Notes: generated from the letters alone by a model not told the origin. A DNA stretch of 64,000 nucleotides from a bacterium (GCA_023269085.1 JAHFML010000001.1:11966-75965), one strand, 5' to 3'; positions 29,476 to 38,894 are shown, counted from the first letter of the stretch. A program made the numbers and translations.

Positions 29476-30804
29476 ATGGAAACAGCCGCAATTCGCACCC
29501 CAATGACATTCGAGCAAGCCGTTACAAGCCCCGTTCGATACTGCCTCTATGCCCGCAAGAGCACCGAACAGGACGAGCTTCAAGCCGACTCGCAGATCAA
29601 GGAGATGAGCGAGGCGGCCATCAGAGACGGATTGGAGATAGCTGAAGTCAGAAAAGAATCGCACTCGGCCAAGGAGTCTGGCCAGCGACCGGTCTTCAAG
29701 AAGATGCTCGAAGATATACGCAGAGGTATGTTCAACGGCATCATCGCGTGGGATCCATCCCGTATAAGCCGCAACGCTGGAGACCTCGGATCAGTCGTCG
29801 ATCTAATGGACCAGAAGCTTATCGTCGATATCCGAACGCATGGGCAACGATTTACCAACTCGCCGAATGAGAAATTCCTCTTGATGATTCTCTGTAGCCA
29901 GGCGAAGCTCGAGAATGATCATAAGGGAGAGAACGTGAAGCGCGGTCTCCGAGCGAAGTGCGACATGGGATATCGACCCGGCGTCTCGCCGATCGGTTAC
30001 ATCCATGACAAATATGCTGACAAAGGACAAAAGCGCGTTCTCGTCGATCCTAAGCGTGCGCCGATTGTCAAGCAGATGTTCGAGAAGGTCGCGTACGAAG
30101 ATTGGAGCGGTCGCGACTTGCATGAATGGTTTGTGCAAACCGGCTTCATGACCCGATCTGGCAAACGTGTGGCGCTCTCGGGCATCTACAGGATGCTCAA
30201 GGATACTTTCTATTACGGGGAGTTCGAATATCCTGAAGGGAGCGGAAAAATCTACCGAAGTGCCGTCGAGTCAATTATAACGAAGGAGCTATTCCTCAAG
30301 GCCCAAGCAAATCTGCAGGCTCCCCCACGCAGACATCCCGGCACCAACGAGTTCGGATTCACCCGCCTCTTCATCTGTGGCGCGTGCGGCTCCGGTATCA
30401 CTGCCGAAGAAAAGTTCAAGAACCTCAAGAATGGTGCTCGCAATCGGTATGTTTATTATCACTGCACTCGGTATAACGATAAACGCTGTAAAGAGAAACC
30501 GATTCGTGAAGAAAACCTTGTTGAGCAATTGCTGCGGATTATCGACAAGGTCGATAACAATGAGATTGGTGCCCGTGCGCAGATCGGTAAAGAGGTCGCG
30601 CGATATCGTCAGATTGCTTATGGCGTCCTCGGTTACGAACCAGAGCTTGTTCGAGTACCGCCTGAAGCCGATGTGAGACAGTACACGAAGCACGTACTCA
30701 AGTACGGCACCAAGGAAGAGCGGCGGGAGATAATTGGGTGTCTCGATGGAAGAATTGAACTCAAGAGCAAGAATCTTGGTATACGAATCTTTGCAGAATG
30801 CTAA
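29476..30804 (+). CDS. Large serine recombinase
   Basis: YARKS catalytic motif, SRISRN, recombinase domain, CGACG zinc ribbon. Confidence 0.93.
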   Translation: METAAIRTPMTFEQAVTSPVRYCLYARKSTEQDELQADSQIKEMSEAAIRDGLEIAEVRKESHSAKESGQRPVFKKMLEDIRRGMFNGIIAWDPSRISRNAGDLGSVVDLMDQKLIVDIRTHGQRFTNSPNEKFLLMILCSQAKLENDHKGENVKRGLRAKCDMGYRPGVSPIGYIHDKYADKGQKRVLVDPKRAPIVKQMFEKVAYEDWSGRDLHEWFVQTGFMTRSGKRVALSGIYRMLKDTFYYGEFEYPEGSGKIYRSAVESIITKELFLKAQANLQAPPRRHPGTNEFGFTRLFICGACGSGITAEEKFKNLKNGARNRYVYYHCTRYNDKRCKEKPIREENLVEQLLRIIDKVDNNEIGARAQIGKEVARYRQIAYGVLGYEPELVRVPPEADVRQYTKHVLKYGTKEERREIIGCLDGRIELKSKNLGIRIFAEC

Positions 30805-30813
30805 GATTCGGTA

Positions 30814-31347
30814 ATGACATACGCTCAAGCCGAAGCTTCATTTGGACGCTTCAAAGAGAGATTGCGCGAGCGTCTTGGTCTTAAAAAAGTCAAGAAACAA
30901 GTGCACGATCAGCGAACCAAAGATACTTTCGCAAAATCAGATCCTGACACCAAGATGAAAGTAATTGGGCCGCAGTTGGAATTCTTCACATCCTCCGTGT
31001 CGCGGAAGTCTGATCTACTCCCGACAATAGCAACACTTGTAGCTACTTTGATAGTTGTTGCTACTTTGAATCATGATTTGGTACCTCTACAGCCAAAAGA
31101 GACGAAAACGATTTTGACTCTATTCCTCATACTTATTCCAAGCACTCTGCATTACTACATAAAGCTTATGGAACGTACTGCCAGACAAGCTGTCGATGTA
31201 ATCGATTCATATCAAGGATTTAACGCCTTTGATAAACTTGGGCCGATTTCTTTCTTGCAATACCTAAGTTCCGATATTCCGATAATTATTGTCTATATTC
31301 TCTATGGGGTCGTCGGGCTTATAATCTTTAGAGTTTGGTTCGGATAG
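30814..31347 (+). CDS. Hypothetical membrane protein
   Basis: Three hydrophobic segments; AT-rich. Confidence 0.65.
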   Translation: MTYAQAEASFGRFKERLRERLGLKKVKKQVHDQRTKDTFAKSDPDTKMKVIGPQLEFFTSSVSRKSDLLPTIATLVATLIVVATLNHDLVPLQPKETKTILTLFLILIPSTLHYYIKLMERTARQAVDVIDSYQGFNAFDKLGPISFLQYLSSDIPIIIVYILYGVVGLIIFRVWFG

Positions 31348-31360
31348 GTGCTTCCATAAC

Positions 31361-31394
31361 GACCCATCCCCGGCCTTTCGGACGGGGATGGGTC
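31361..31394. terminator. Hairpin between the convergent gene and tRNA
   Basis: GACCCATCCCCG...CGGGGATGGGTC. Confidence 0.55.
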
Positions 31395-31452
31395 GGTTGC
31401 ACAGGATTCATCTGCTCCGCGGGTAGGATTCGAACCTACGACCAACTCGTTA

Positions 31453-32029
31453 CACGTTGCCTCTTGTTACCAAGAGAGTGGACTATATCATCACCCGTAT
31501 CTGTTCTCACAGATCGAGGGTGCGAGGCGCTTCGTCCTTCGATTATTCTCAGGACTACTCCCTTGCGGGATAGTCTCTACACCTTCCTCTCGACATGCGC
31601 CGAGAGACTTGGCTCGGGATTGCCCACAGCATTTCCTCTGTTAGGGGTTCCCCGAATTCACCTCGTGTTCGACCTGAATCTCTTCAGGAAGCTGCGTAAT
31701 GCCTGCGTGCACTTCACGGTGACAATTCGCACAAACAAGAGCGCATTTATCGATTTCTTCTTTGATTTTTTCCCATGATCTCGTGAGCCCTTTTGTCGAG
31801 AGACCGAAGTCTTTCTTCGTAGGATCTTTATGGTGAAAATCAAGCGCTCCTGAATAACGATCGTAACCGCAAATAATGCACTTCCCGCCTTTGTACTCAC
31901 GCGCCATTTCTCGAAGTTTTTTACGACGTTCAGTAACAGCTTTGCGCAAATACTCTGCACGGTCGGCATAAGTCCTTTTTTCTTTTGGCATACTCAGATA
32001 AGTATACCATTGGGTTTCGGACTTGAACC
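31453..32029 (-). ncRNA. Group I self-splicing intron
   Basis: Exon ends in U and intron ends in G; IGS GCAGC pairs with exon GCUGU; P AATTCGGGGAA, Q AATCCCGAGC, R GTAGAGACTA, S GATATAGTCC; P3 and P7 pairings present. Confidence 0.9.
31641..31991 (-). CDS. Intron-encoded HNH endonuclease
   Basis: CIICGY...LDFHH...CANCHREVH zinc-finger HNH motif. Confidence 0.88.
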   Translation of the reverse strand: MPKEKRTYADRAEYLRKAVTERRKKLREMAREYKGGKCIICGYDRYSGALDFHHKDPTKKDFGLSTKGLTRSWEKIKEEIDKCALVCANCHREVHAGITQLPEEIQVEHEVNSGNP

Positions 32030-32150
32030 ACAGCGAGCCGCTCTACCACTGAGCTACCGCGGAATATTTTTAGCACCAGAACACTCACCCACCTCGCTAT
32101 GAGGCGGTGTTCATAGTCTACCTGAAAAATCGCGAGCCGCAACAGCGACA

Positions 32151-32498
32151 CTAGGAAGCGACGGGGAGGCCAGCGGCAACCCAGGCGAGGAGGCCGCCCG
32201 AGACGCTTCGTGCCTGCGGCACGCCGTGCGCGTGGAGAATATCGACCGCGTGCGCGCTCCGTGCGCCCGAGCGGCAGATGACATCGATTGTCTCGTAGGC
32301 ATTCAATTCGCCTACCTTGTCTTCGATCTCATCGAGCGGGATATTGAGCGCGCCCTCGATGCCCTGTTCTCTGACCTCCGCGGGTGTGCGGACATCGAGC
32401 AAGAGGCCGCCCGGCTTCCCGAGGCGTGCGAAAGCCTCAGCGGGAGCGATGCTGGGCGTCGAGGGGAAGAATCCAAACATATGCAGAAAGGATAGCAT
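32151..32498 (-). CDS. Rhodanese-like protein
   Basis: LLDVRTP.E, CRSGARS, GGLLAW. Confidence 0.9.
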   Translation of the reverse strand: MLSFLHMFGFFPSTPSIAPAEAFARLGKPGGLLLDVRTPAEVREQGIEGALNIPLDEIEDKVGELNAYETIDVICRSGARSAHAVDILHAHGVPQARSVSGGLLAWVAAGLPVAS

Positions 32499-32519
32499 TC
32501 CGCTATACTGCGAACAATC

Positions 32520-33413
32520 ATGCCGAAGAGCCGCCGCGCACAGAAAATTTTTTATCTCGTCTATGCCGTTATGCTCGTCAGCGGCGTGTTCCTTGTCGCG
32601 CAATCAGCAGTACCAATAAACGGGCGTGAGAAGAACGACGAAACTCGCTATGCTGAGACCCCCGCCACCGCGACTATCCCCGCGAAGGCGGCGAGCGGCT
32701 CGTCGCAGGACGAGGCGCTCGCCGTACCGATCTTGGTTTATCATATCGTGCGGCCATCCTACCCGAGCGATAGTACGGAGGTGAAAAAGCTCGCTCATAC
32801 TCCCGAAATCTTCGACGCGGAGCTCTCCTATCTCGCCGCCGCGGGGTACCACATCGTGCCCCTCGCGGCGCTCGTGAGCCATATCACGCGCGAGACACCG
32901 CTTCCCCCGCACTCCATCGTTATCACCTTCGACGACGGCTGGCGCGACCAGTTTGAATACGCCTTCCCTATTTTGAAAAAATATCACGCCACCGCAACCT
33001 TCTTCATCTTCACCAACGCCATCGGCCGGCACGCGTTCATCTCGTGGGACAATCTGCGCGAGATGCTCGCCGCGGGCATGACGGTCGGTGCGCATTCGCG
33101 CTCGCACCCCTTCCTCACCAAGATCACCGATCCCTCGAAGCTCTGGGACGAGATTAGCGGAAGCAAAGTGATCATTGAGAAGAACCTCGGTGTGCCGGTC
33201 ACCGCCTTCGCCTACCCCTTCGGCCAATACAACGCGAGCTCAACCACGCTCGTCGAGAAAGCCGGCTATACGGCCGCGCGCGGCGATTACGTGAACAAGA
33301 AGATACCGCAGTCGTTCTCAAATAGATACATTCTCAACGCGCTCAACGCACCTGTCACGCTCGATCGCTTCGAATACGCCTTCCCCGCTCCAGCTACGAC
33401 GACGGCTCGATGA
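32520..33413 (+). CDS. Polysaccharide deacetylase
   Basis: PILVYH, ITFDDG, HSRSH, FAYPFG. Confidence 0.93.
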   Translation: MPKSRRAQKIFYLVYAVMLVSGVFLVAQSAVPINGREKNDETRYAETPATATIPAKAASGSSQDEALAVPILVYHIVRPSYPSDSTEVKKLAHTPEIFDAELSYLAAAGYHIVPLAALVSHITRETPLPPHSIVITFDDGWRDQFEYAFPILKKYHATATFFIFTNAIGRHAFISWDNLREMLAAGMTVGAHSRSHPFLTKITDPSKLWDEISGSKVIIEKNLGVPVTAFAYPFGQYNASSTTLVEKAGYTAARGDYVNKKIPQSFSNRYILNALNAPVTLDRFEYAFPAPATTTAR

Positions 33414-34056
33414 GCTTGTAGTCGTGCGGGAAGAGCTTCTTCGAGACGATAAACACGCCATACGCCATGAAGGGCGCCGCGAAGACGTCGATCGAGTAGT
33501 GCACATGCGCGAGCAGGACCGCTGTGCCGAACACCGCCGATACGAGGAGGAACATGAAGCGAGCGCGCTTCTCCCTCCAGAAGACAAGGGCGAGGAGGAA
33601 TGGCAGACCCGTGTGACCGGAGAAGAAGAGTCCTGTTTGGAAATTGAGATATCGATAGATCGTGTCGAAGAGACCAAGATCGAGAATCATATGATCAGGA
33701 TAGATCCCGACATGAGTAAGAGAGGTACAGAGCGCACGCACCGAGACGAAGAGCGCAAGCGCCTTCAACGCGAAGAGGGCGTGCCGTGGCCGTCGCAGGA
33801 CGAAGAGCGTCCCGACGATGATAGCGACGAACGCCATCTCGACGATGATGAAGTTCAGGTCGATAGCAGGAATGTTGTCGAGGATAATGTCGCCGACCGG
33901 GACCGTCGTCGGGCGGAGCATGTAGGTGAAAGCGTAGACATTCGCGAAATGTTCGAGCAGATATGAGACGAAGAGTAGGACACCGGCCGCGATGAGCGAG
34001 TCGCGCCACTTCGCCGTGAAGAGATCCCGTATCCTCATCGGGTGCGTAGATTCCAT
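33394..34056 (-). CDS. PAP2-superfamily membrane protein
   Basis: FFSGHT and HYSIDV motifs. Confidence 0.8.
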   Translation of the reverse strand: MESTHPMRIRDLFTAKWRDSLIAAGVLLFVSYLLEHFANVYAFTYMLRPTTVPVGDIILDNIPAIDLNFIIVEMAFVAIIVGTLFVLRRPRHALFALKALALFVSVRALCTSLTHVGIYPDHMILDLGLFDTIYRYLNFQTGLFFSGHTGLPFLLALVFWREKRARFMFLLVSAVFGTAVLLAHVHYSIDVFAAPFMAYGVFIVSKKLFPHDYKLIEPSS

Positions 34057-34057
34057 A

Positions 34058-34480
34058 TTATTTCACCGCCTTCGCGGCGCAGGTCGCACACTTACAGCCG
34101 AAGGGCTTGATGTGCTCGTTCACATACTCCTCGCCGTAGTCATAGGTGAGCTCGTCGCCCAGCTTGATGCTTTTGATCGCGTCGATCCAGACCTTCCCGC
34201 GCACGACGTTCGGTTCGCAGTTCGGCTTGCAGGCACAATTGATATAGCGGGCGAAGTTGCCGCGCTCTGCCCCATCGATCGTCTTGCGGTTCGACACTTC
34301 AAAAAGATATTTGCTCTTGCTCGAATATTCCTCCTCCTTGGATATCTCGCGGCCGAAGTATTCGATGATGCGCTCGCCCTTCTTGAAGGCGCGCGTCGCG
34401 AAGAGCCCGAGGCCCGCGCTCGACTTCCCCACCCGAAGCCCCGCGGGGCATACCGGCTTCTTTTCTGTTTTCGTTTCCAT
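34058..34480 (-). CDS. SET domain protein
   Basis: GLGLFA, ARYINC..KPNC, ELTYDYG, post-SET CKCATC. Confidence 0.92.
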   Translation of the reverse strand: METKTEKKPVCPAGLRVGKSSAGLGLFATRAFKKGERIIEYFGREISKEEEYSSKSKYLFEVSNRKTIDGAERGNFARYINCACKPNCEPNVVRGKVWIDAIKSIKLGDELTYDYGEEYVNEHIKPFGCKCATCAAKAVK

Positions 34481-34508
34481 ATCGCTCTACTCTACTGTAT
34501 CCCGCGCG

Positions 34509-35171
34509 TCATTCCAAATTTATTGAAGTCGGCCACTCGGGGACAGAGCCGGCAGAGCGCTCCATGGCGTCGGCTCTTCGTACAAAGCGCCAGTTGCCTC
34601 TCGGCACGAGGTCGTAGTGCTGTGCCGATGCGAGCGCATCGGCAATATGCCAGAGATTCTCTCCTGAGGTAATCCAGTCTGTGCCGTAGCGGCGTAGGTC
34701 GAGCGGCCGGCTATAGCACTCAAGCGTCTTCTCGCCCGAGGGGAGGAACCACTCGTTGAAGTAGGAGGCCGCGAGCTCGCGCGGCGAGCGGTAGATCGGG
34801 TCGCGGAAGCGGAGCACCGCGTGATTCGTCTTGCTCACGGCGCCCCACGCACCATTGCGCTCATAGAGCGCGACGACATGGTCAACATCGCCTCGGCCCA
34901 TCCTCGCTGAGAGGTCCATGATGAGCGGCTTCTCGCCTCTGATCCAGAGCGCGGCGGCGGCGAGGAGCGCGCCCTCGATGCAGTGGCACTCCCGCGCGCG
35001 GAGGACCGCGCGCGGCGACCTCTGCGTATCGCCTTCCCTCTCAAAATTCATCGGGAGCGCGTCGATGAAGTCTTGGATCTGTATCGGTGTCTTGAGCGCG
35101 GCGAGCGTCGCAAACTCCTCGCGGGTGAGGCCCGACATCGCGCGCAGGAGGCGCTCAATCTTTTGCATCAT
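34509..35171 (-). CDS. Transglutaminase-like hypothetical protein
   Basis: HCIEGALLAA and DHVVAL suggest a Cys-His catalytic pair. Confidence 0.65.
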   Translation of the reverse strand: MMQKIERLLRAMSGLTREEFATLAALKTPIQIQDFIDALPMNFEREGDTQRSPRAVLRARECHCIEGALLAAAALWIRGEKPLIMDLSARMGRGDVDHVVALYERNGAWGAVSKTNHAVLRFRDPIYRSPRELAASYFNEWFLPSGEKTLECYSRPLDLRRYGTDWITSGENLWHIADALASAQHYDLVPRGNWRFVRRADAMERSAGSVPEWPTSINLE

Positions 35172-35189
35172 GCCCTAAGCATAGCGCAT

Positions 35190-35226
35190 AAAAAAGCCGC
35201 CGCCCGGGAGGGCGGCGGCTTCTTCT
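35190..35226. terminator. Intrinsic terminator
   Basis: AAAGCCGCCGCCC...GGGCGGCGGCTTT. Confidence 0.7.
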
Positions 35227-35231
35227 ATTTA

Positions 35232-35843
35232 TTATCTGACCGCGAGCGACGTACTCTGCTTCTCTACGAGTGCCGCAAGCTCCTCTTGCGTCTTCGGGAG
35301 ATACTTCATGCCGACATGCCCGACAACGCGATAGGTCACGCCGTGACAATTGCCGAGGACATCCGCGGCATTCCGCGCATGACCGTTCGGGCTCACGAAA
35401 TTCGCGTCGGTCGGCAATAGGACATCGAGCCGGTTGCTGTAGCGCGCGTTCATCGTATCTTCGATGACGCGATACCCGATGAGTGGCACGACGACGCTAT
35501 AGCCGCAGTCATCCTTTGACGACGTGATATTCGCGCCGTCGAGCTCGATAATCGTACCGAAGGGCAATTCGCCGCCGAGGTCCTGCGAGCGCGCCGCGAC
35601 AATCTCTGGATTCGAATACGCGCCCGAGGCGGTCTCGAAGGGGTTGTCGTCGGTCTGCTCGACCACGGCGTTATAGCCCGTGAGGGCAATAGTGCGGCTC
35701 GGGCCGGCCGCGGGAGCGGTAACGGCGACTGGCGCGACCAGAGCGGTCTGCGCATGTGCCGGTGTTGCGGGCGCGTTCACCAAGGGGAACGCGGTTGCAC
35801 CGACCAAAAGCGAAAAGCCCATCAGGGCTCCTAATATTGGCAT
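35232..35843 (-). CDS. Secreted 3D-domain-like protein
   Basis: TGYN...QTD..P..TASG, LPFGT, EDTMN.RY..RLD. Confidence 0.75.
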   Translation of the reverse strand: MPILGALMGFSLLVGATAFPLVNAPATPAHAQTALVAPVAVTAPAAGPSRTIALTGYNAVVEQTDDNPFETASGAYSNPEIVAARSQDLGGELPFGTIIELDGANITSSKDDCGYSVVVPLIGYRVIEDTMNARYSNRLDVLLPTDANFVSPNGHARNAADVLGNCHGVTYRVVGHVGMKYLPKTQEELAALVEKQSTSLAVR

Positions 35844-35925
35844 AGGATGTGATTACCGAAATAGTCAATAACTACCTCGTATCCCGAGCTTAGCATATTG
35901 ACATTTTATTGTCAAGGTATTGTGC

Positions 35926-36468
35926 TCAGCTTTTTTGGACGACTTTCACTATGAAAAAACGGTGCGCAAGGTAGTGTGTGCCATAGGCGATGGCGACGCC
36001 GAGGAGCGCGCCGCCGAGGATGTCAGAGGGATAGTGCACGCCGGCGATCACGCGGCTCACGGCCACGATCGTCGCGGCGACGAAGAAGCCGATGCCCCAC
36101 TTCTTATTATAGAGATAGACCGCCATCGCGAGCGCGAAGAAGAAGGTCGCGTGGCCCGAGGGGAATGACCACGACGACTCGCTCAAGAGCTGGTGCGCGT
36201 GGAGCGTGAGGAACGGCCGCGGTCGATGATAGAAGAAGCGGATGATCTCGACTGCGCCGAAGCGCGCGAGGAGGCCGGCGATGCCCGTGACTACCAGCAT
36301 CTCCCATTTCTCTCGTTTCGATTTATCCGAGAAGAATACGAGTACGAGAAGCGCGACGACGATCAGATACGGGAGATACGCGGCGAAGAATACGATACTG
36401 CTGTCAGCGAGGCGCGACTGCCCTGCGAGCAAATTCAATGCAAAGAAAAGTTGGGTGTCGAGAGTCAT
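35926..36468 (-). CDS. PAP2 phosphatase (BcrC-like undecaprenyl-diphosphatase)
   Basis: RPRPF, SFPSGHA, SRVIAGVHYPSD. Confidence 0.9.
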   Translation of the reverse strand: MTLDTQLFFALNLLAGQSRLADSSIVFFAAYLPYLIVVALLVLVFFSDKSKREKWEMLVVTGIAGLLARFGAVEIIRFFYHRPRPFLTLHAHQLLSESSWSFPSGHATFFFALAMAVYLYNKKWGIGFFVAATIVAVSRVIAGVHYPSDILGGALLGVAIAYGTHYLAHRFFIVKVVQKS

Positions 36469-36498
36469 GCTTCATACTATATACTATCTCTACCCCTC

Positions 36499-38154
36499 AT
36501 GCCGCGCCCTACCCTCTCCTCACTTTTATCATTCGACTATATCGCCTTCCTCGCGATGGCTGTTGCGCTCTTGACCCACGAGTGGCTCGCGGGCGGCGTT
36601 GTCGCACTTATGTATGTGAGCGGCCACACGCTCGAACGCTATGCCTCGCGACGCGCTGAAGCTTCGCTCAAAGGGCTTCTCTCGCGCATACCGAAGACTG
36701 CGCTGGTGAAAGATGCCGCTAACAAGATTGTCGAGACGCCGCTCGCCGAGGTGACTGTCGGCGCGACGATCGTCGTGCGCGACGGCGAGCTCGTGCCGCT
36801 CGACGGCCTGCTCGCCTCGAGCGCCGCCACGCTCGACCTCGCGAACCTCACGGGCGAATCTATCCCTGAGTCGATCACGCAAGGCGCGGTCGTGAAGAGT
36901 GGCTCGGTGAATGTGGGCGAAGCCTTCGATCTCACGGTGTCGGGGACGCTCGCGACCTCGACCTATGCGCGCATCGTCGATCTCGTGCGCGAAGCGAAGA
37001 TGCACGAGCCGCCCTTCGTCCGCCTCGCGGCGAAGGCGAACGCTCCCTTCACCCTCATCACGCTCGTGCTCGCGGGTGGCGTCTATCTCGCGACCGGCGA
37101 CCTCACGCGCCTGCTCGCGGTGCTCGTCATCGCGACGCCCTGCCCGCTCCTCATCAGCGCGCCGGTCGCCTTCATCGGCGGGCTCTCGCGCGCCGCGAGC
37201 CGGAACATCATCGTGAAGACGCCCGCGACGCTCGAGGCGCTCGCGCGTGTCACGACTATCTTCTTCGATAAGACGGGGACGCTCACTATCGGCGCACCGC
37301 GTCTCGTCGATATCACGCTCATGGCCGATGGCGCGACCGAGCTCCAAGCGCTCTCGCACGCCGCGGCGCTCGAGTTCCATTCTATCCACCCGCTCGCACG
37401 CGCAGTGATCATAGCGGCACGCGCGCATCGCCTCACGCCGGCTCCCGCGCGCGAGGTCGTCGAGACGGTCGGCACGGGCATCATCGGTGTCGTCGACGGT
37501 TATCGCCTCTCGATCGAACAAGCACCCGCCGACGCGCGACGCGTCGGCGGTATCTCGCTCTTACTCAAGAAGGATGACACGCCCTTCGCGCTACTCCACT
37601 TCACCGACGAGCTCAAGGACCACGCGAAGGGCTTGCTCGCCCTGCTCGCCCGCCAAGGCTACACGATCGCGATACTCACGGGCGACCGCAAGGAGCACGC
37701 GCTCGCGATATTCGCCGGATCGCGGCTCACTATTCACGCCGGATGCACTCCCGAGGACAAATATCGCTATGTCGAGGAGGCGCGAGCACGCGGCGAAGTG
37801 GTCGCGATGGTCGGCGACGGGTTGAACGATGCGCCCGCACTCGCTTCGGCTGATGTCGGCATCGTCTTCTCGGGCACCGAGAACAGCGCCTCGATCGAGG
37901 CGGCTGATGTCGCGATACTCGGCCATGACGTCAGCACCTTGCACGAGCTCTTCGCGCTCGCACGCCGCTCGGTGCGTGTCGCGAACGAGAGCGTCTACAG
38001 CGGCATCAGCCTCTCGGTCATCGGCATGCTCGCCGCCGCGCTCGGCCATATCCCGCCGGTTACCGGCGCGATCCTGCAAGAAGGCATTGATGTCGTCGCT
38101 ATCACGAACGCACTCCGCGCGGCCTTCCGGCCGCGCGGAGAATCTGCGCTATAA
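36499..38154 (+). CDS. Heavy-metal P1B-type ATPase
   Basis: LTGES, TPCP, DKTGTLT, GDGLNDAP. Confidence 0.93.
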   Translation: MPRPTLSSLLSFDYIAFLAMAVALLTHEWLAGGVVALMYVSGHTLERYASRRAEASLKGLLSRIPKTALVKDAANKIVETPLAEVTVGATIVVRDGELVPLDGLLASSAATLDLANLTGESIPESITQGAVVKSGSVNVGEAFDLTVSGTLATSTYARIVDLVREAKMHEPPFVRLAAKANAPFTLITLVLAGGVYLATGDLTRLLAVLVIATPCPLLISAPVAFIGGLSRAASRNIIVKTPATLEALARVTTIFFDKTGTLTIGAPRLVDITLMADGATELQALSHAAALEFHSIHPLARAVIIAARAHRLTPAPAREVVETVGTGIIGVVDGYRLSIEQAPADARRVGGISLLLKKDDTPFALLHFTDELKDHAKGLLALLARQGYTIAILTGDRKEHALAIFAGSRLTIHAGCTPEDKYRYVEEARARGEVVAMVGDGLNDAPALASADVGIVFSGTENSASIEAADVAILGHDVSTLHELFALARRSVRVANESVYSGISLSVIGMLAAALGHIPPVTGAILQEGIDVVAITNALRAAFRPRGESAL

Positions 38155-38163
38155 TCAGAATAT

Positions 38164-38862
38164 ATGAACGACCTCACCCCGAACGCCGGTAAAAAATTGA
38201 CCATCGAGACCTTGCAGGGAAGCTACGCGCGTCTGCCCGTGAAGACGCACACAATCACCGCCGACGACGACATAATTGCCGTCGCGAAGAAGTACGCCGC
38301 GCCCTATCTGCAAGCCGGTGATCAACTCTTCATGAGCGAGCGCATCGTCGCTATCAGCCAAGGCCGCGCCTATCCGATCAAAGATATTCATCCGTCATGG
38401 CTCGCGAAGCTCCTCGTGCGCTTCGTGCATAAGTCGCCCTACGGCATCGGACTCGGGAGCCCGTGGACCATGGAGCTCGCCCTGTGTGAGGCGGGCGCGC
38501 CGCGCATGCTCCTCGCTGCGGCCGCCTCGGCGCTCACCAAGCCCTTCGGCATGCGCGGCATTTTCTATAAAGTAGTCGGCAACAACATCAACGCCATCGA
38601 CGGCCCGTGCTCGTATACCCTCCCTCCTTACAACGAATATGCGAAACTCGGCCCCGCGAAGCCCGACAAGGTCGCGCGCGAGATCTCGGCGACCATCGGC
38701 TGCCCTGTCGTCATCATCGACGCGAACGATCTCGGCGTGGTCGTGCTCGGCAAGTCTGACGCGAGCATCTCAAGCGCTCTCTGCGGTGAAATATTCAAAG
38801 ATAATCCACTCGGACAATCTACCGAGCAGACGCCGCTGTGTATTGTGCGCAAGACAAGCTGA
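38164..38862 (+). CDS. CofE-like (F420-0:glutamate ligase family) protein
   Basis: SERIVAISQGR, AIDG, IIDANDLG, NPLGQ..EQTP. Confidence 0.75.
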   Translation: MNDLTPNAGKKLTIETLQGSYARLPVKTHTITADDDIIAVAKKYAAPYLQAGDQLFMSERIVAISQGRAYPIKDIHPSWLAKLLVRFVHKSPYGIGLGSPWTMELALCEAGAPRMLLAAAASALTKPFGMRGIFYKVVGNNINAIDGPCSYTLPPYNEYAKLGPAKPDKVAREISATIGCPVVIIDANDLGVVVLGKSDASISSALCGEIFKDNPLGQSTEQTPLCIVRKTS

Positions 38863-38894
38863 CCCTGATGCTATTATAAAGGAAATCTCTTGAT

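Larger units (their letters stand above)
18967..31420. mobile_element. Defence island adjacent to the tRNA-Asn 3' end (left boundary uncertain)
   Basis: Serine recombinase, RM cargo, visibly AT-richer; TCTGCTCCGC at both 18967 and 31411. Confidence 0.6.
31415..32063 (-). tRNA. tRNA-Asn(GUU), intron-split; exon 1 32063-32030, exon 2 31452-31415
   Basis: Joined exons TCCGCGGTAGCTCAGTGGTAGAGCGGCTCGCTGT|TAACGAGTTGGTCGTAGGTTCGAATCCTACCCGCGGAG fold into a cloverleaf with anticodon GTT; CCA not encoded. Confidence 0.93.
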
